DNA from: Candidatus Saccharimonadota bacterium
GTDB lineage: Bacteria; Patescibacteriota; Saccharimonadia; Saccharimonadales; Saccharimonadaceae
Reading direction: 5' to 3'
DNA length: 32,000 bases
Assembly: GCA_020160975.1 (NCBI GenBank)
Contig: JAIUPJ010000001.1
Location: 420,001-452,000 of the forward strand
Part shown: positions 1 through 8,478 of the stretch, piece after piece
How positions within the stretch are numbered: the first letter of the stretch is position 1
Layout: every line of letters begins with the position of its first letter
Made by a program: the position numbers and the translations under genes
The notes under the pieces: model-generated
Seen by the model: the letters and a program-made list of their open reading frames with translations, nothing else
What the model was told of the DNA's origin: nothing
Databases searched by the model: none

Positions 1-652
1 GAGCAGCTGCATCAGCTGCACCGATTTTGACGACAGCATTTGTCGTATCCACAGTAAATAGCGATGAACTATTGCCGACCGTGAAAGCAGCCGTGCTGTT
101 GGTCGTGACACCAAGCGTGCCAGTAAACACCGAGTTCGATCCGAGCTGTGCAAACGCCCCACTATCAAGTCCATCCAACGTATCAGAGTTAAATGCATAG
201 GACGAGCTGCCAAGCTTGTTGCGGGGAGACATGGGGCCTTCAGAGTAGGCTTCGCAGGCGGCAGTTGTACAGGTGGCAGTCGCGGGGGTTGGGAGTTCTA
301 TCTCAAAGTAGAGAGCATTGGCATTGTTGAAGAGAGTTGGCGAAAGACTAGAGACATCACCCAGCTGGACACTAAAGAGCCCGCCCGTGGTAACGGTCAC
401 GCCAGTAGTTGCAGAGTTTGCTCGTTGCTCGCTCCAGAGGAGTGTGCCAGCGCTCGCAGCATCGTAGAGACGGAACTTCATATTGTAGGTGCCAGGAGCC
501 ATTGGGTTGCCTGAGACATCGTTAATACGACCTTGAAAGTTAAGTTTGTAGGGAATGGATTGGAGGGCAGAGGAGGGAGTGCCATGCACAAACAACACTA
601 AGCCAGCACACAAGGCTGGTAGCGCAAAAAACATCAGTCGTCGATTTCGCAC
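1..652 (-). CDS. Secreted tail-fibre-like / adhesin-like surface protein, N-terminal ~217 codons only (gene runs off the left window edge)
   Basis: Absent from the ORF track because it is open to the window edge. Minus-strand reading from GTG 652 (alt ATG 634) gives MRNRRLMFFALPALCAGLVLFVHG (signal-peptide-like). It continues IPYKLNFQGRINDVSGNPMAPGTYNMKFRLYDAASAGTLLWSEQ ... SSYAFNSDTLDGLDSGAFAQ with no stop down to base 1. These motifs are typical of N-termini of very long tail-fibre/collagen-like surface proteins (recognised from memory, not searched). Possible -35 TTGACG (706-701), -10 TATATC (682-677) and a GGAAAGGGG SD lie upstream. Confidence 0.6.
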   Translation of the reverse strand, partial: MRNRRLMFFALPALCAGLVLFVHGTPSSALQSIPYKLNFQGRINDVSGNPMAPGTYNMKFRLYDAASAGTLLWSEQRANSATTGVTVTTGGLFSVQLGDVSSLSPTLFNNANALYFEIELPTPATATCTTAACEAYSEGPMSPRNKLGSSSYAFNSDTLDGLDSGAFAQLGSNSVFTGTLGVTTNSTAAFTVGNSSSLFTVDTTNAVVKIGAADAAA

Positions 653-753
653 GCCGTTGGTCACTTGCCCCTTTCCGATATACTACTCACTCCACACCAT
701 CGTCAATGTATAGTGTGGCTCAATTGTAACTATACCGCTTATGTCATCACTTT

Positions 754-1611
754 TCAACGGGCAGTGGCGCGCTGACGGCGCAATCTACGCACGAGCACTC
801 CGCCCGCACCAACGGCAACTGTTGCAGTAATCGGTAACAACCAGCGCCAATAGCCTGTGATGGCAAAAAAATATGTCGACTTCTCCCCTGTTTCGGCGTG
901 GGCAGTTAATTTAATTACCCCTAGGTAATCTCCCTGTTGACGATAGTCAACACTTCGCGCTCGGCCTGCAAACACCAAAGGACCTTCGATTGTCTTTGTC
1001 GTATACGGCCAAACATTAACAACAATCTGCGGGTAATACCCCGTTGACTGCCTTGGATCGGCCATATTTTTGACCACAAACGAAGCAGTGAGTGCGTCAC
1101 CAATCTGAAATGGCGATGCGGCCAGCGAAGCAATGGTAGCTTTGCGGTCTGTTGAGGCGCCATTTACTATCGATAGAAGCGTCCCAACCCTTACTGATGA
1201 CTGCGCGCCCTCAACCTGCTGGGGCTGAGTAGAAGCAAAAATTGCCGCAAATACCTCACCTGACGGCAACTTACTGCTATCAATCGAAAAGGCGAGATGC
1301 AGGGTTTCGCGTGGACCTAATTCCGCTTCAGTATAATCAAGCATCACACCTTTACTGACTTGTTCATCATCAAAAAATTCGAGATTCCCTTCGTCGTCTA
1401 TTTGTCGAAACGCCTGCACCGTAAGCTTCAGCTTAACCGCGCTACCGCTAGGATTTGCAATATCAACAAAGCCTTTTTTACTCTCACGTTTTACTAACGT
1501 TGCATTGTAGTGAAGTGGTGTGATACGCAAAGAATCAGCAAAGGCACTGTGTCCCGGCAAAAGACCGCCAGCAATCATCCCAAGCACCGCCATCAGCCAC
1601 CACACTCTCAC
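754..1611 (-). CDS. Secreted two-domain beta-rich protein with C-terminal membrane anchor (DUF916/DUF3324-like, CscA-type architecture; inference)
   Basis: 285-aa ORF. The GTG start overlaps the stop of the upstream gene (GTGA at 1608-1611); alt ATG at 1593. It has a signal peptide (LLPGHSAFA/DS), two beta-rich segments, and a C-terminal hydrophobic helix plus RRLRRQR tail. Same architecture as ORF 3806-4732. Confidence 0.6.
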   Translation of the reverse strand: MRVWWLMAVLGMIAGGLLPGHSAFADSLRITPLHYNATLVKRESKKGFVDIANPSGSAVKLKLTVQAFRQIDDEGNLEFFDDEQVSKGVMLDYTEAELGPRETLHLAFSIDSSKLPSGEVFAAIFASTQPQQVEGAQSSVRVGTLLSIVNGASTDRKATIASLAASPFQIGDALTASFVVKNMADPRQSTGYYPQIVVNVWPYTTKTIEGPLVFAGRARSVDYRQQGDYLGVIKLTAHAETGEKSTYFFAITGYWRWLLPITATVAVGAGGVLVRRLRRQRATAR

Positions 1612-2996
1612 GGCAGCATCGTCCCTGTCACGGTCACAATATTGGTATATATACCCGCTGCTTGCGTACTGGTCACATCAAGCTTGAGCTTTAGCCCAAG
1701 CACATCCTTCACGCCAACCCCAGTTCGCGAGTACACCGTTGTTGCCGTACCTGGCAAGGCAGCGTAGGCGTTTCCCGCACTCCATTTTCCGTCGATCGCC
1801 GTTGCGTTCGTGCTAGCCAGACTGAACCCAAGACCTTTTGTAGTGCCTTCGCTCCATGTCGTAGGGCTTGCAACGGTTGAAGAAATTGCAGGGATTGTGT
1901 TTGGGCCACTGGTAAGATTTTGATTTTGCTGGATTGCCACGCTGTAGTTCGAAGCATCTGTACGAACAATGGCATCAAACGAAACCGCCTGTGACGAACC
2001 TGCGAGTATATCTGTCGCAAATGCAACTCCCGACGCAAGGCCTGCGCTGCCTGCAGCATACTCCGCGCCTACTTCATTGATGCTTAAAACTCGGTTATAT
2101 ATTTTGACCTCATCGATCGACCCACCAAAGGGTCGAGAAAGTCCATAAAAGTCACCAAGACAAAGGAATGCATTCGCATTTTGTAGTGTCGCCGGCACCG
2201 ACCCTGTCATCGTAAGTGCCTGCGATACTCCATCGATATACACTTTCACTCGGTTAGCTGCTGCACCTTGCGTGCCATCAAATGTGACCGTCACCTGATG
2301 CCATCCGCTCGTCCATGAGCCAGCGGGAGTTTCGACATAATTTACTCCACTATCGGTTAAACTTGACGCCACGATAAATCTCAGCCTCGTTCCGTCACTA
2401 CTCGATGTTTGCAAGGCCCATGCACCAGAGGTAGGAGTGCCACCGCTATAATCCCACTGTGATGCAAGCGTGGCATTGATCGTCTGTGGCCCAGAGGCCC
2501 AGAGCGACACGGTCATCGATTGGCCAGTAGGCAAACTCGCATTGTCTGGTACCCGAAAGTTACCTGTTGTTGCCGTTGCGTTATACCCTCCTCCGACTTT
2601 ACCGGCGACCCAACCAGAGGCTGACGATGCGGCAACACCTGCGCTATTTGCCTGCGCACTCGTGTCATACGCGGCATTTCCTGCTCCTTCATCAAGCGAC
2701 CAATATCCCACCAGTCCGTCGGGCTGCACGGTGAGCTGCAAGCTCTTTGGCAGCTGTGCCACATAACCCATACCGATTTTGTAGCTACCACCTGCGCCAT
2801 TTCCCACAATTGTTTCACCACCACTCCCCACGAGTGAGTAGCTTGATGAACCGCTTTGTCCACCAAAGTTATTTCCTACGCTTGCATCGATCACATAGCT
2901 AGATGAAGAAAAACGATATGCAGATACACCATTCGCAAAAAGCACTGCGATAGCCAGTACTGTCAGCGCGAGTAGTCCCCCTCTCTCTCGTGTCAT
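1608..2996 (-). CDS. Secreted LamG (concanavalin-A-like lectin/glucanase fold) domain surface protein with WxL-like C-terminal domain
   Basis: 462-aa ORF with signal peptide LALTVLAIAVLFANGVSA and SSSY/GSSSYSL glycine-serine repeats. A classic Laminin_G_3 pattern follows: LVGYWSLDEGAGNAAYDTS ... SLWA ... GWHQVTVTFDG ... VKVYIDGV ... GSIDEVKIYNRVLSINEV. The C-terminal ~140 aa are paralogous to ORF 4747-5364 (NTIxA...TW...GF.L...KWSA...AGIYTNIVTVTGTMLP). Confidence 0.8.
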   Translation of the reverse strand: MTRERGGLLALTVLAIAVLFANGVSAYRFSSSSYVIDASVGNNFGGQSGSSSYSLVGSGGETIVGNGAGGSYKIGMGYVAQLPKSLQLTVQPDGLVGYWSLDEGAGNAAYDTSAQANSAGVAASSASGWVAGKVGGGYNATATTGNFRVPDNASLPTGQSMTVSLWASGPQTINATLASQWDYSGGTPTSGAWALQTSSSDGTRLRFIVASSLTDSGVNYVETPAGSWTSGWHQVTVTFDGTQGAAANRVKVYIDGVSQALTMTGSVPATLQNANAFLCLGDFYGLSRPFGGSIDEVKIYNRVLSINEVGAEYAAGSAGLASGVAFATDILAGSSQAVSFDAIVRTDASNYSVAIQQNQNLTSGPNTIPAISSTVASPTTWSEGTTKGLGFSLASTNATAIDGKWSAGNAYAALPGTATTVYSRTGVGVKDVLGLKLKLDVTSTQAAGIYTNIVTVTGTMLP

Positions 2997-3003
2997 TATA
3001 TAC

Positions 3004-3012
3004 AGTATACCA
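3004..3012 (-). promoter_or_regulatory. Extended -10 promoter element TGGTATACT, 7 nt upstream of the ATG at 2996 (leaderless-type arrangement)
   Basis: Minus strand reads TGGTATACT-gtatata-ATG within the 22-nt gap between ORFs 3019-3840 and 1608-2996. The identical 9-mer occurs upstream of dnaG and pyrG. Confidence 0.45.
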
Positions 3013-3018
3013 GTCTGG

Positions 3019-3840
3019 TTATGGGAAAAACATCACAGCAAGTAGTATCAGCGCAGCACCCGTTATTCTTACTGGGGTACATATCTTGGTCGTTCGCTCA
3101 GTTCGTACAGGAATCAAAGGAAGTGTTGCAAGGGCACGATAACTCCACCATGGAGCAAGCAACAGCACCAGTCCGACCGCCACACCTAAAAAGCGCAATG
3201 CCATTATTCCAGGCTGCGACTCATAACCAGGCACCACTATATCGGCTGCAACCATAAAACCAAACACGCCATCAAGAATAAATTTAACGATCCCTTCTTG
3301 CGAGACCGCCCCTGCACTTTCAGATATTTTTTGGCCAGAAGCGACCACGCCATCATGCGTCAAAGGATTTGGCTGAGTCGCCGACGCAGACGATGAATCT
3401 GATGTGGTCGTAGGATCCTGCGCCGGAAGTGTTGGGTCATAGGCCACATCGATCGTCTCTTCAACCTGTGATGAAGTGATCGGGTCGATGCCCACCAGCC
3501 TCACCACATGGAATCCAGGGCTATACACCAAACTAAAACTATATGTAGCTGCCCCAAAATCAAGGGGTATCGTAGTACTATATACCCCATCAACATACAC
3601 CATAATTTGACTAACATTGTGCACTGTCCCAGTGATGGTGATGGCTGAATTACCCGATGAACTTGCCGGTGTAGGGCTCGTGATTTTCAAATCAGCAGGT
3701 TGATCATCGCGGACCTTTGCATTGACATTTGTTTGCGCCAAGGTAGTAGACGAAGGCAGCGCCAGGTTATACACTGCAGTGCATAATATAACTGTAGCTA
3801 CGAGCCTAGCGACGTGGCCGAAATGCTGTGGTCGACCCAT
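3019..3840 (-). CDS. Membrane protein with extracellular Ig-like/beta-sandwich domain and C-terminal transmembrane helices
   Basis: 273-aa ORF with an N-terminal signal/anchor (LVATVILCTAVYNLALP). A beta-rich segment (KITSPTPASSSGNSAITITGTVHNVSQIMVYVDGVYSTTIPL...) is followed by a Ser/Thr/Pro linker and 2-3 hydrophobic helices at the C-terminus. The start at 3840 overlaps the upstream gene by 35 nt; AAGGCGG lies ~10 nt upstream. Confidence 0.55.
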   Translation of the reverse strand: MGRPQHFGHVARLVATVILCTAVYNLALPSSTTLAQTNVNAKVRDDQPADLKITSPTPASSSGNSAITITGTVHNVSQIMVYVDGVYSTTIPLDFGAATYSFSLVYSPGFHVVRLVGIDPITSSQVEETIDVAYDPTLPAQDPTTTSDSSSASATQPNPLTHDGVVASGQKISESAGAVSQEGIVKFILDGVFGFMVAADIVVPGYESQPGIMALRFLGVAVGLVLLLAPWWSYRALATLPLIPVRTERTTKICTPVRITGAALILLAVMFFP

Positions 3841-4732
3841 TATTACGCCGCCTTACGATTTGGATTGCACCAAGAAGAACTAGTAAAGCTAAGATAAATA
3901 ACAGCCACTTAGGGGCCACAACCACGTATTGATCGGATTGAGTGTGCTTGCCAAGAACCGTTGCTTCACTATGCACTTTGTATACGCCGATCCACGCCGT
4001 TTTATCCCAGCTAATATCGACCGCACGAGTCGTATTTGGCAGTACATAGGCCTCTTGCTCATTTTGATACTTGACGTTACCAAACAAATCCATGACTGCG
4101 AATCGAGTTTTTGCTGCAAAATCTGTTTTTCCGGTATTTTCGATTCGAATTGTTGAGGTGAGTGGCGGTACAGACGTGAACCATGGCGTATCAATTGAAG
4201 CGACTTTTCCACTGGTTTCGGTTGGCCCATTGACAGTCGAGTAAAGCAGTAGTGCCAGTCGCTTTTTTCGGGAAATTCCCGTACTTTCAGCAGTTTTTGG
4301 CTGTGTCTCCACAAAAATCACTCCATAATGTCCGCCCGCTGTCGCCCCTTTGCTGACATTCATTGTAAAGGGAATGTGAATCGTTTGCTTCGGTTCAGCA
4401 TGCCAGGTTGCTTTTTCAAAGCTTATCCAGCGATATGCATCGGCGTTTGCCGGCTGACTAGTGAAGTCTGGCGTGTATGCCTCGTCTTTTACTGAGTAGG
4501 GGCCAGTATACACTTGGAAATCATACGCGGTATCACCATAATTGATGATCGTAAATTCATCGCGCACTACCGCTCCTGCGTCTACTGTCAAATGTTTAGT
4601 GGGCGGCGACAGCGTGATACTTTCTTGCACCTCTTCGGCTTGTACAGAAGCGCTGCCGACAGTACCAATAAGCAACAGGGCTACACTGAGCCCTGTGACA
4701 AATTTGAACCCATAACCCCTATGCTTTTTCAC
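3806..4732 (-). CDS. Secreted two-domain beta-rich protein with C-terminal membrane anchor (DUF916/DUF3324-like, CscA-type architecture; inference)
   Basis: 308-aa ORF with a GTG start at 4732 and signal peptide (LLLIGTVGSASVQA/EE). Contains the motif GGHYGVIFVETQP, a second beta domain, and a C-terminal helix WLLFILALLVLLGAIQIV plus RRRNN tail. Paralogous in layout to ORF 754-1611. Confidence 0.6.
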   Translation of the reverse strand: MKKHRGYGFKFVTGLSVALLLIGTVGSASVQAEEVQESITLSPPTKHLTVDAGAVVRDEFTIINYGDTAYDFQVYTGPYSVKDEAYTPDFTSQPANADAYRWISFEKATWHAEPKQTIHIPFTMNVSKGATAGGHYGVIFVETQPKTAESTGISRKKRLALLLYSTVNGPTETSGKVASIDTPWFTSVPPLTSTIRIENTGKTDFAAKTRFAVMDLFGNVKYQNEQEAYVLPNTTRAVDISWDKTAWIGVYKVHSEATVLGKHTQSDQYVVVAPKWLLFILALLVLLGAIQIVRRRNNGSTTAFRPRR

Positions 4733-4746
4733 TGTACCCTATGGTA

Positions 4747-5364
4747 CTATTTTGCAGTCGCCGTGTAAACAACTTGGTCGGTGTAAGTTCCAGTCGGCTT
4801 TGTGTTGTCGACTTTTGCGGCGTACCACACCACCGTCTGGTCGTTTGAGGCAGTGGTAGACGTGCTCTTGAGAGTGTAAGGAGTACCCTGTGCCGGGATT
4901 GCCGACCATTTTGAAGTGCTAGTTGTGCTGTTTGTTTCGACAGAATAGGTTGCATCAAACCCGGTACCGCCAGGCAGCGCAAATCCCCAAGTGTTGGTGG
5001 CAAGTGCGGCGCCACTTCCAATTGCATTTGCCGATGCAGCAATGGTGTTGCCACCGCTCGTGAGAGTGTAGGTGGTATCGGCATCGGCCAGTGTCAAAAG
5101 ATATCCTAATGTGTCGTTTGTGTTCACCGTCAATGTATCGCTTGCGCTCGACAGCACTGCGCTCGCACCAGGTGTCAAGTTGATATCGACGTTATTGCTC
5201 GTGCCCTGAGAAGTCGTAGTGAGAGTAATCGTTGCCGCAACAATTGCACGAACTGTTGGGCTTACCGTCACTGCATCTGCCTGGAACGACGGCACAGTAA
5301 CCAGTCCCAGCGCAAGTGTCGCACCCGCTGTTGCCAACAAAGATGATTTGAAGATTTTTTTCAT
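4747..5364 (-). CDS. Small secreted beta-rich surface protein, WxL-like domain (inference)
   Basis: 205-aa ORF with signal peptide MKKIFKSSLLATAGATLALGLVTVPSFQA/DA and Thr/Ser/Ala-rich beta-strand composition. It has an internal TWGF motif and the C-terminus GTYTDQVVYTATAK. Homologous to the C-terminal domain of ORF 1608-2996. AAGGAAA SD-like element upstream; first gene of the cluster. Confidence 0.6.
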   Translation of the reverse strand: MKKIFKSSLLATAGATLALGLVTVPSFQADAVTVSPTVRAIVAATITLTTTSQGTSNNVDINLTPGASAVLSSASDTLTVNTNDTLGYLLTLADADTTYTLTSGGNTIAASANAIGSGAALATNTWGFALPGGTGFDATYSVETNSTTSTSKWSAIPAQGTPYTLKSTSTTASNDQTVVWYAAKVDNTKPTGTYTDQVVYTATAK

Positions 5365-5432
5365 TGTTTATTATTATTTCCTTTATAGTGTTACTGCCGA
5401 GATTGTCTCATATCGATTATGCTCTTGTCAAT

Positions 5433-6002
5433 CTAGCTAAGTAGTAATTTATACATCAATTCTTTTGTTCGCTCGTTGCTCGTGTGCTGAATACTCTGCA
5501 TGCCTGCAACCTCCGCCCCCTCGCAGTTGTCAGCAAGATCATCAATCATGACACACTCCTCGGGTCGTAGGCCAATTCTTTCAGCCATCAGTGTAAATAT
5601 GACGGGGTTTGGCTTTGCCAGCCCTTCTTGATACGACAGTACTACTGTATCGAACAGCTCATGTAGCTCCTCGCCAAAAAGCTCTTGCATCGTCCGCTCA
5701 CCGATATTACTGAGCATGCCTAGTTTGTACTCACCCTTTGCTCTCAGCTCTTTGATATACGCCACCAGCTCTTTATTTCGCACGTGCTTTTCGCGCAACA
5801 TTTTTTCAATATCACTAGGTTGCAGTCCGAGGACCTCGGCCGTCTTGGCCAAATATTCATCATATGAGATATACCCATAATCCTTCTGCAGATTGATGTC
5901 ATAGATCTCCTGACGCCGATCGTCTGGGGCCATCAACGAAATCAAGGTCAGGCTCCCACTATAGAGCACCCCAAAACAGTCAAAAATAATCCCGCGTATC
6001 AT
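5433..6002 (-). CDS. HAD-superfamily hydrolase/phosphatase
   Basis: Motif I is right at the N-terminus if translation starts at ATG 6002 (MIRGIIFDCFGVLY; DxF/DxG type). A later LSN and a C-terminal IDD acidic motif are present. The longer track ORF (to 6071) would overlap the upstream gene; TATACT-N6-ATG sits at 6014-6002. Confidence 0.8.
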   Translation of the reverse strand: MIRGIIFDCFGVLYSGSLTLISLMAPDDRRQEIYDINLQKDYGYISYDEYLAKTAEVLGLQPSDIEKMLREKHVRNKELVAYIKELRAKGEYKLGMLSNIGERTMQELFGEELHELFDTVVLSYQEGLAKPNPVIFTLMAERIGLRPEECVMIDDLADNCEGAEVAGMQSIQHTSNERTKELMYKLLLS

Positions 6003-6021
6003 ATCACTAGTATACCGATGA

Positions 6022-6618
6022 CTAGTAAATTTCGTCGAATATTGGAGAGAAATCAGGAATCTGATTGACAAACAGTGCCTGCACTTGCGCTGGCTTGGCA
6101 GTCATTGTGCCTTTAGAACCCGCACAGGTAGTCGTCCACTCTGATTGATCAGCCGTACCGTCTTTTGCCGTCTCAAATACAAACGCTAGGCCCTGCGTAG
6201 CGCACGCCCCACGTATGTCATTGTCGGCAGCATTGCGTGTATTTGTTACATCTGCTTTTGCAAGCGCGTACACAAATTGCTCATATGCTTGCCGATTATT
6301 TTCATACCTGTGTGTCAAGACTACTTGATCAAGATAACCTGTATACACCGTGTATGATCGAGAAGTAGGCGACACAGTAATTTGGTACGACTGGAACTTC
6401 TCATTTGCCACAATTGGCCCGCGCACTGCCCAGCGTACCGAGCGACCTTCATCAGTATCAACGAGGCTTGATGATATGCTGTCAGTTGCCTTGTCTTGGC
6501 TCGATGAGTTGCTAAAGAAAATCATACGACCAACCGAAAAAACCGCTGCAGTCACGAGTGCAATCACGAGCACCACAATAATGATCGGAAAAATGCGGGG
6601 ATTTGAGCCTCTATACAT
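6022..6618 (-). CDS. Hypothetical N-terminally membrane-anchored protein
   Basis: 198-aa ORF with one N-terminal TM helix (IFPIIIVVLVIALVTAAVFSV) and then a soluble domain containing two Cys. No motif recognised. Confidence 0.5.
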   Translation of the reverse strand: MYRGSNPRIFPIIIVVLVIALVTAAVFSVGRMIFFSNSSSQDKATDSISSSLVDTDEGRSVRWAVRGPIVANEKFQSYQITVSPTSRSYTVYTGYLDQVVLTHRYENNRQAYEQFVYALAKADVTNTRNAADNDIRGACATQGLAFVFETAKDGTADQSEWTTTCAGSKGTMTAKPAQVQALFVNQIPDFSPIFDEIY

Positions 6619-6664
6619 GCAATTATCATGTCACTAGAGGTAAAAAAAGTAAAGCATGTACAGT

Positions 6665-7306
6665 TTAACTATCTGCCGTGACAGCGCCATGCACTGTGCC
6701 AAGATGTCCTAGCGCAAATCGTACCGCTTCTCTCTCACGAAATACTCGCTCTTCCTCAGCCTGTGCAGAACGAACCGCATCGACAAGTCGTATCATTGAT
6801 TCAAGTGCCTCATAGTCTTCAAACATCGCTTCGCGGGTTCTCCCTCGCCACAGCTCGGCATGGTGTAAGCGCTGATCATCATCGAGTATACCGGTCAGAT
6901 AGTCGTGGCGATACGCATCGCGCTCTCGAGGCATCAATTGCATCCATAGTCGATGATTCACCGTTTCTACTGCGAGGATTGTGCGGTCACGCTCTTCACC
7001 AAAAATATCTCTTTCTGCAACTAGCCAAGCATGGGGGTCGCGCAGATCTCGCCCAGTTTGCGTACCAACGTAAAGCAGCTGCTCGATTTCGGCGGATACA
7101 CCGGCAAATGTCGCACCATCATACACATGCAACTCTCCATTGATATAACGCATCGGCAAAGGGTGATTGTCATTACTCCTCTCCATCCACACACACTTCG
7201 AATAGTCATATCTTGCAAATCCATCTGGTGTGGTATGCATTTTTTCGGCCAATTCATACAATGCTGGCCGACGAGTTTCTGTACGCGAAGCAACCATGCT
7301 GTCCAT
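6665..7306 (-). CDS. Hypothetical cytoplasmic protein (Arg/Glu/Asp-rich), unknown function
   Basis: 213-aa ORF with no TM segment and no recognisable motif. The start is probably the second ATG at 7297, which has GAAAGGAA 8 nt upstream. Confidence 0.5.
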   Translation of the reverse strand: MDSMVASRTETRRPALYELAEKMHTTPDGFARYDYSKCVWMERSNDNHPLPMRYINGELHVYDGATFAGVSAEIEQLLYVGTQTGRDLRDPHAWLVAERDIFGEERDRTILAVETVNHRLWMQLMPRERDAYRHDYLTGILDDDQRLHHAELWRGRTREAMFEDYEALESMIRLVDAVRSAQAEEERVFREREAVRFALGHLGTVHGAVTADS

Positions 7307-7418
7307 TCCTTTCGACGTTCATTGTTTGTGTGTATGAGTGTCTCTCACTGTAATACACCTCCCCACGAAAAAGCGCAAGTAATTTTAGTTGCGACCTTCT
7401 GGTGCCGCAGCAAGCTAT

Positions 7419-8393
7419 CTAGATATAGTGGCCAAACTTATGATTAGAAAGTCCGTGTTCGCGTATCAATTGGTTTAGCTTGTCGCGCATGGGTGCATGA
7501 TTCACAAATCGCCAGTCAGCCAGATCACCAAACAAATCCGGCAAAATGCATAGCACCACTACAGGCACGCGCTGAGCGCCATGACCGTTGTATTCAATGA
7601 TATAGCTCTGTTTGTCGCCTTCCATCAGTTCACGCTCCGTCAACCGGCCTTCGTGCACCAGCTGTTCCATGCGTCGTCGAAACGAGCTCGGCGTTTTGAC
7701 ATCGATGTTGATATAGCGCCGATCCTCGGGGTCTTGTACCTGAAGGTCAATGCCTAGCGCGTCCTGGGCACGATCGGTCATAAACGCATGAAATCCGCTA
7801 TCCTTTGCGGCCAAATACACCGCAACTTCTCGGGTAAGACCGCGGATAATCGATGTCCACTGCTCTTCACTAAAGCACGGCGCGCCAACCCGTTTGCAGA
7901 TCCGATCAGCCGCTTGTTTGACTCGATCAGCAAACTGTCGCCGATGCTCGTCGTCGAGGTTCAAAATTGTCGCCACCAGCGTATCGTTAAAATCAATGAG
8001 TTCAAATAATCGCTCTTGCTTGTTGCGATACCCATGAGGAAACTGGTCCATCTGCTGTTGCGCCAGCACAGCACGCGGCGCTTGCGCTAGGAGCGCCACC
8101 AAGCCATCGCTCGGGTCATTGGTCTGCTGGAACTGCTTTTGCAGCTTGTCGATGTAGCGGTCGAGGGCATGCACCTCGGGTCGGCGCTGCAGTCGTGCCA
8201 CTACCTGCTCTTCGGCGCAGTCAAAAAAATCCGTACTACGACAAATATACTGCACTGGTTCAGGCGCAAGCAGATGCTGCTGATCCTGTCGTGTGTCGCG
8301 AAAACGTATTTGCCGCTGGCGGTAGCCACGAAGTCCATGTCGGCGGCGCAACGGCCGAAAGTGTTGCCAGTGGTGTCGAAAACGATGATGCAT
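7419..8393 (-). CDS. Hypothetical protein with possible PD-(D/E)xK nuclease-like core (low-confidence inference)
   Basis: 324-aa ORF. The segment LTREVAVYLAAK ... ALGIDLQVQD ... RYINIDVKT fits the E ... hhhDhhh ... hhh(D/E)xK pattern of restriction-endonuclease-fold proteins. The first ~40 residues are extremely R/H-rich and no SD precedes ATG 8393, so the true start is uncertain. Confidence 0.45.
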   Translation of the reverse strand: MHHRFRHHWQHFRPLRRRHGLRGYRQRQIRFRDTRQDQQHLLAPEPVQYICRSTDFFDCAEEQVVARLQRRPEVHALDRYIDKLQKQFQQTNDPSDGLVALLAQAPRAVLAQQQMDQFPHGYRNKQERLFELIDFNDTLVATILNLDDEHRRQFADRVKQAADRICKRVGAPCFSEEQWTSIIRGLTREVAVYLAAKDSGFHAFMTDRAQDALGIDLQVQDPEDRRYINIDVKTPSSFRRRMEQLVHEGRLTERELMEGDKQSYIIEYNGHGAQRVPVVVLCILPDLFGDLADWRFVNHAPMRDKLNQLIREHGLSNHKFGHYI

Positions 8394-8478
8394 GAAAAGT
8401 TTTTTGTTTTTAGTGAATTATTCTACCTATAAAAATAGCATAAACAGTTTGAAAAGTCAATGCTGTCCTTTCTTGCGT

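Noticed and set aside
754-850. LPITA followed by a hydrophobic stretch and RRLRRQR at the C-terminus of the 285-aa protein, read as a sortase (LPxTG-like) sorting signal.
   Set aside because: The motif is not canonical. The hydrophobic stretch after it is only ~11 residues, unless LPITA itself is part of a normal 21-residue TM helix. The paralogue (308 aa) has a plain TM anchor without the motif.
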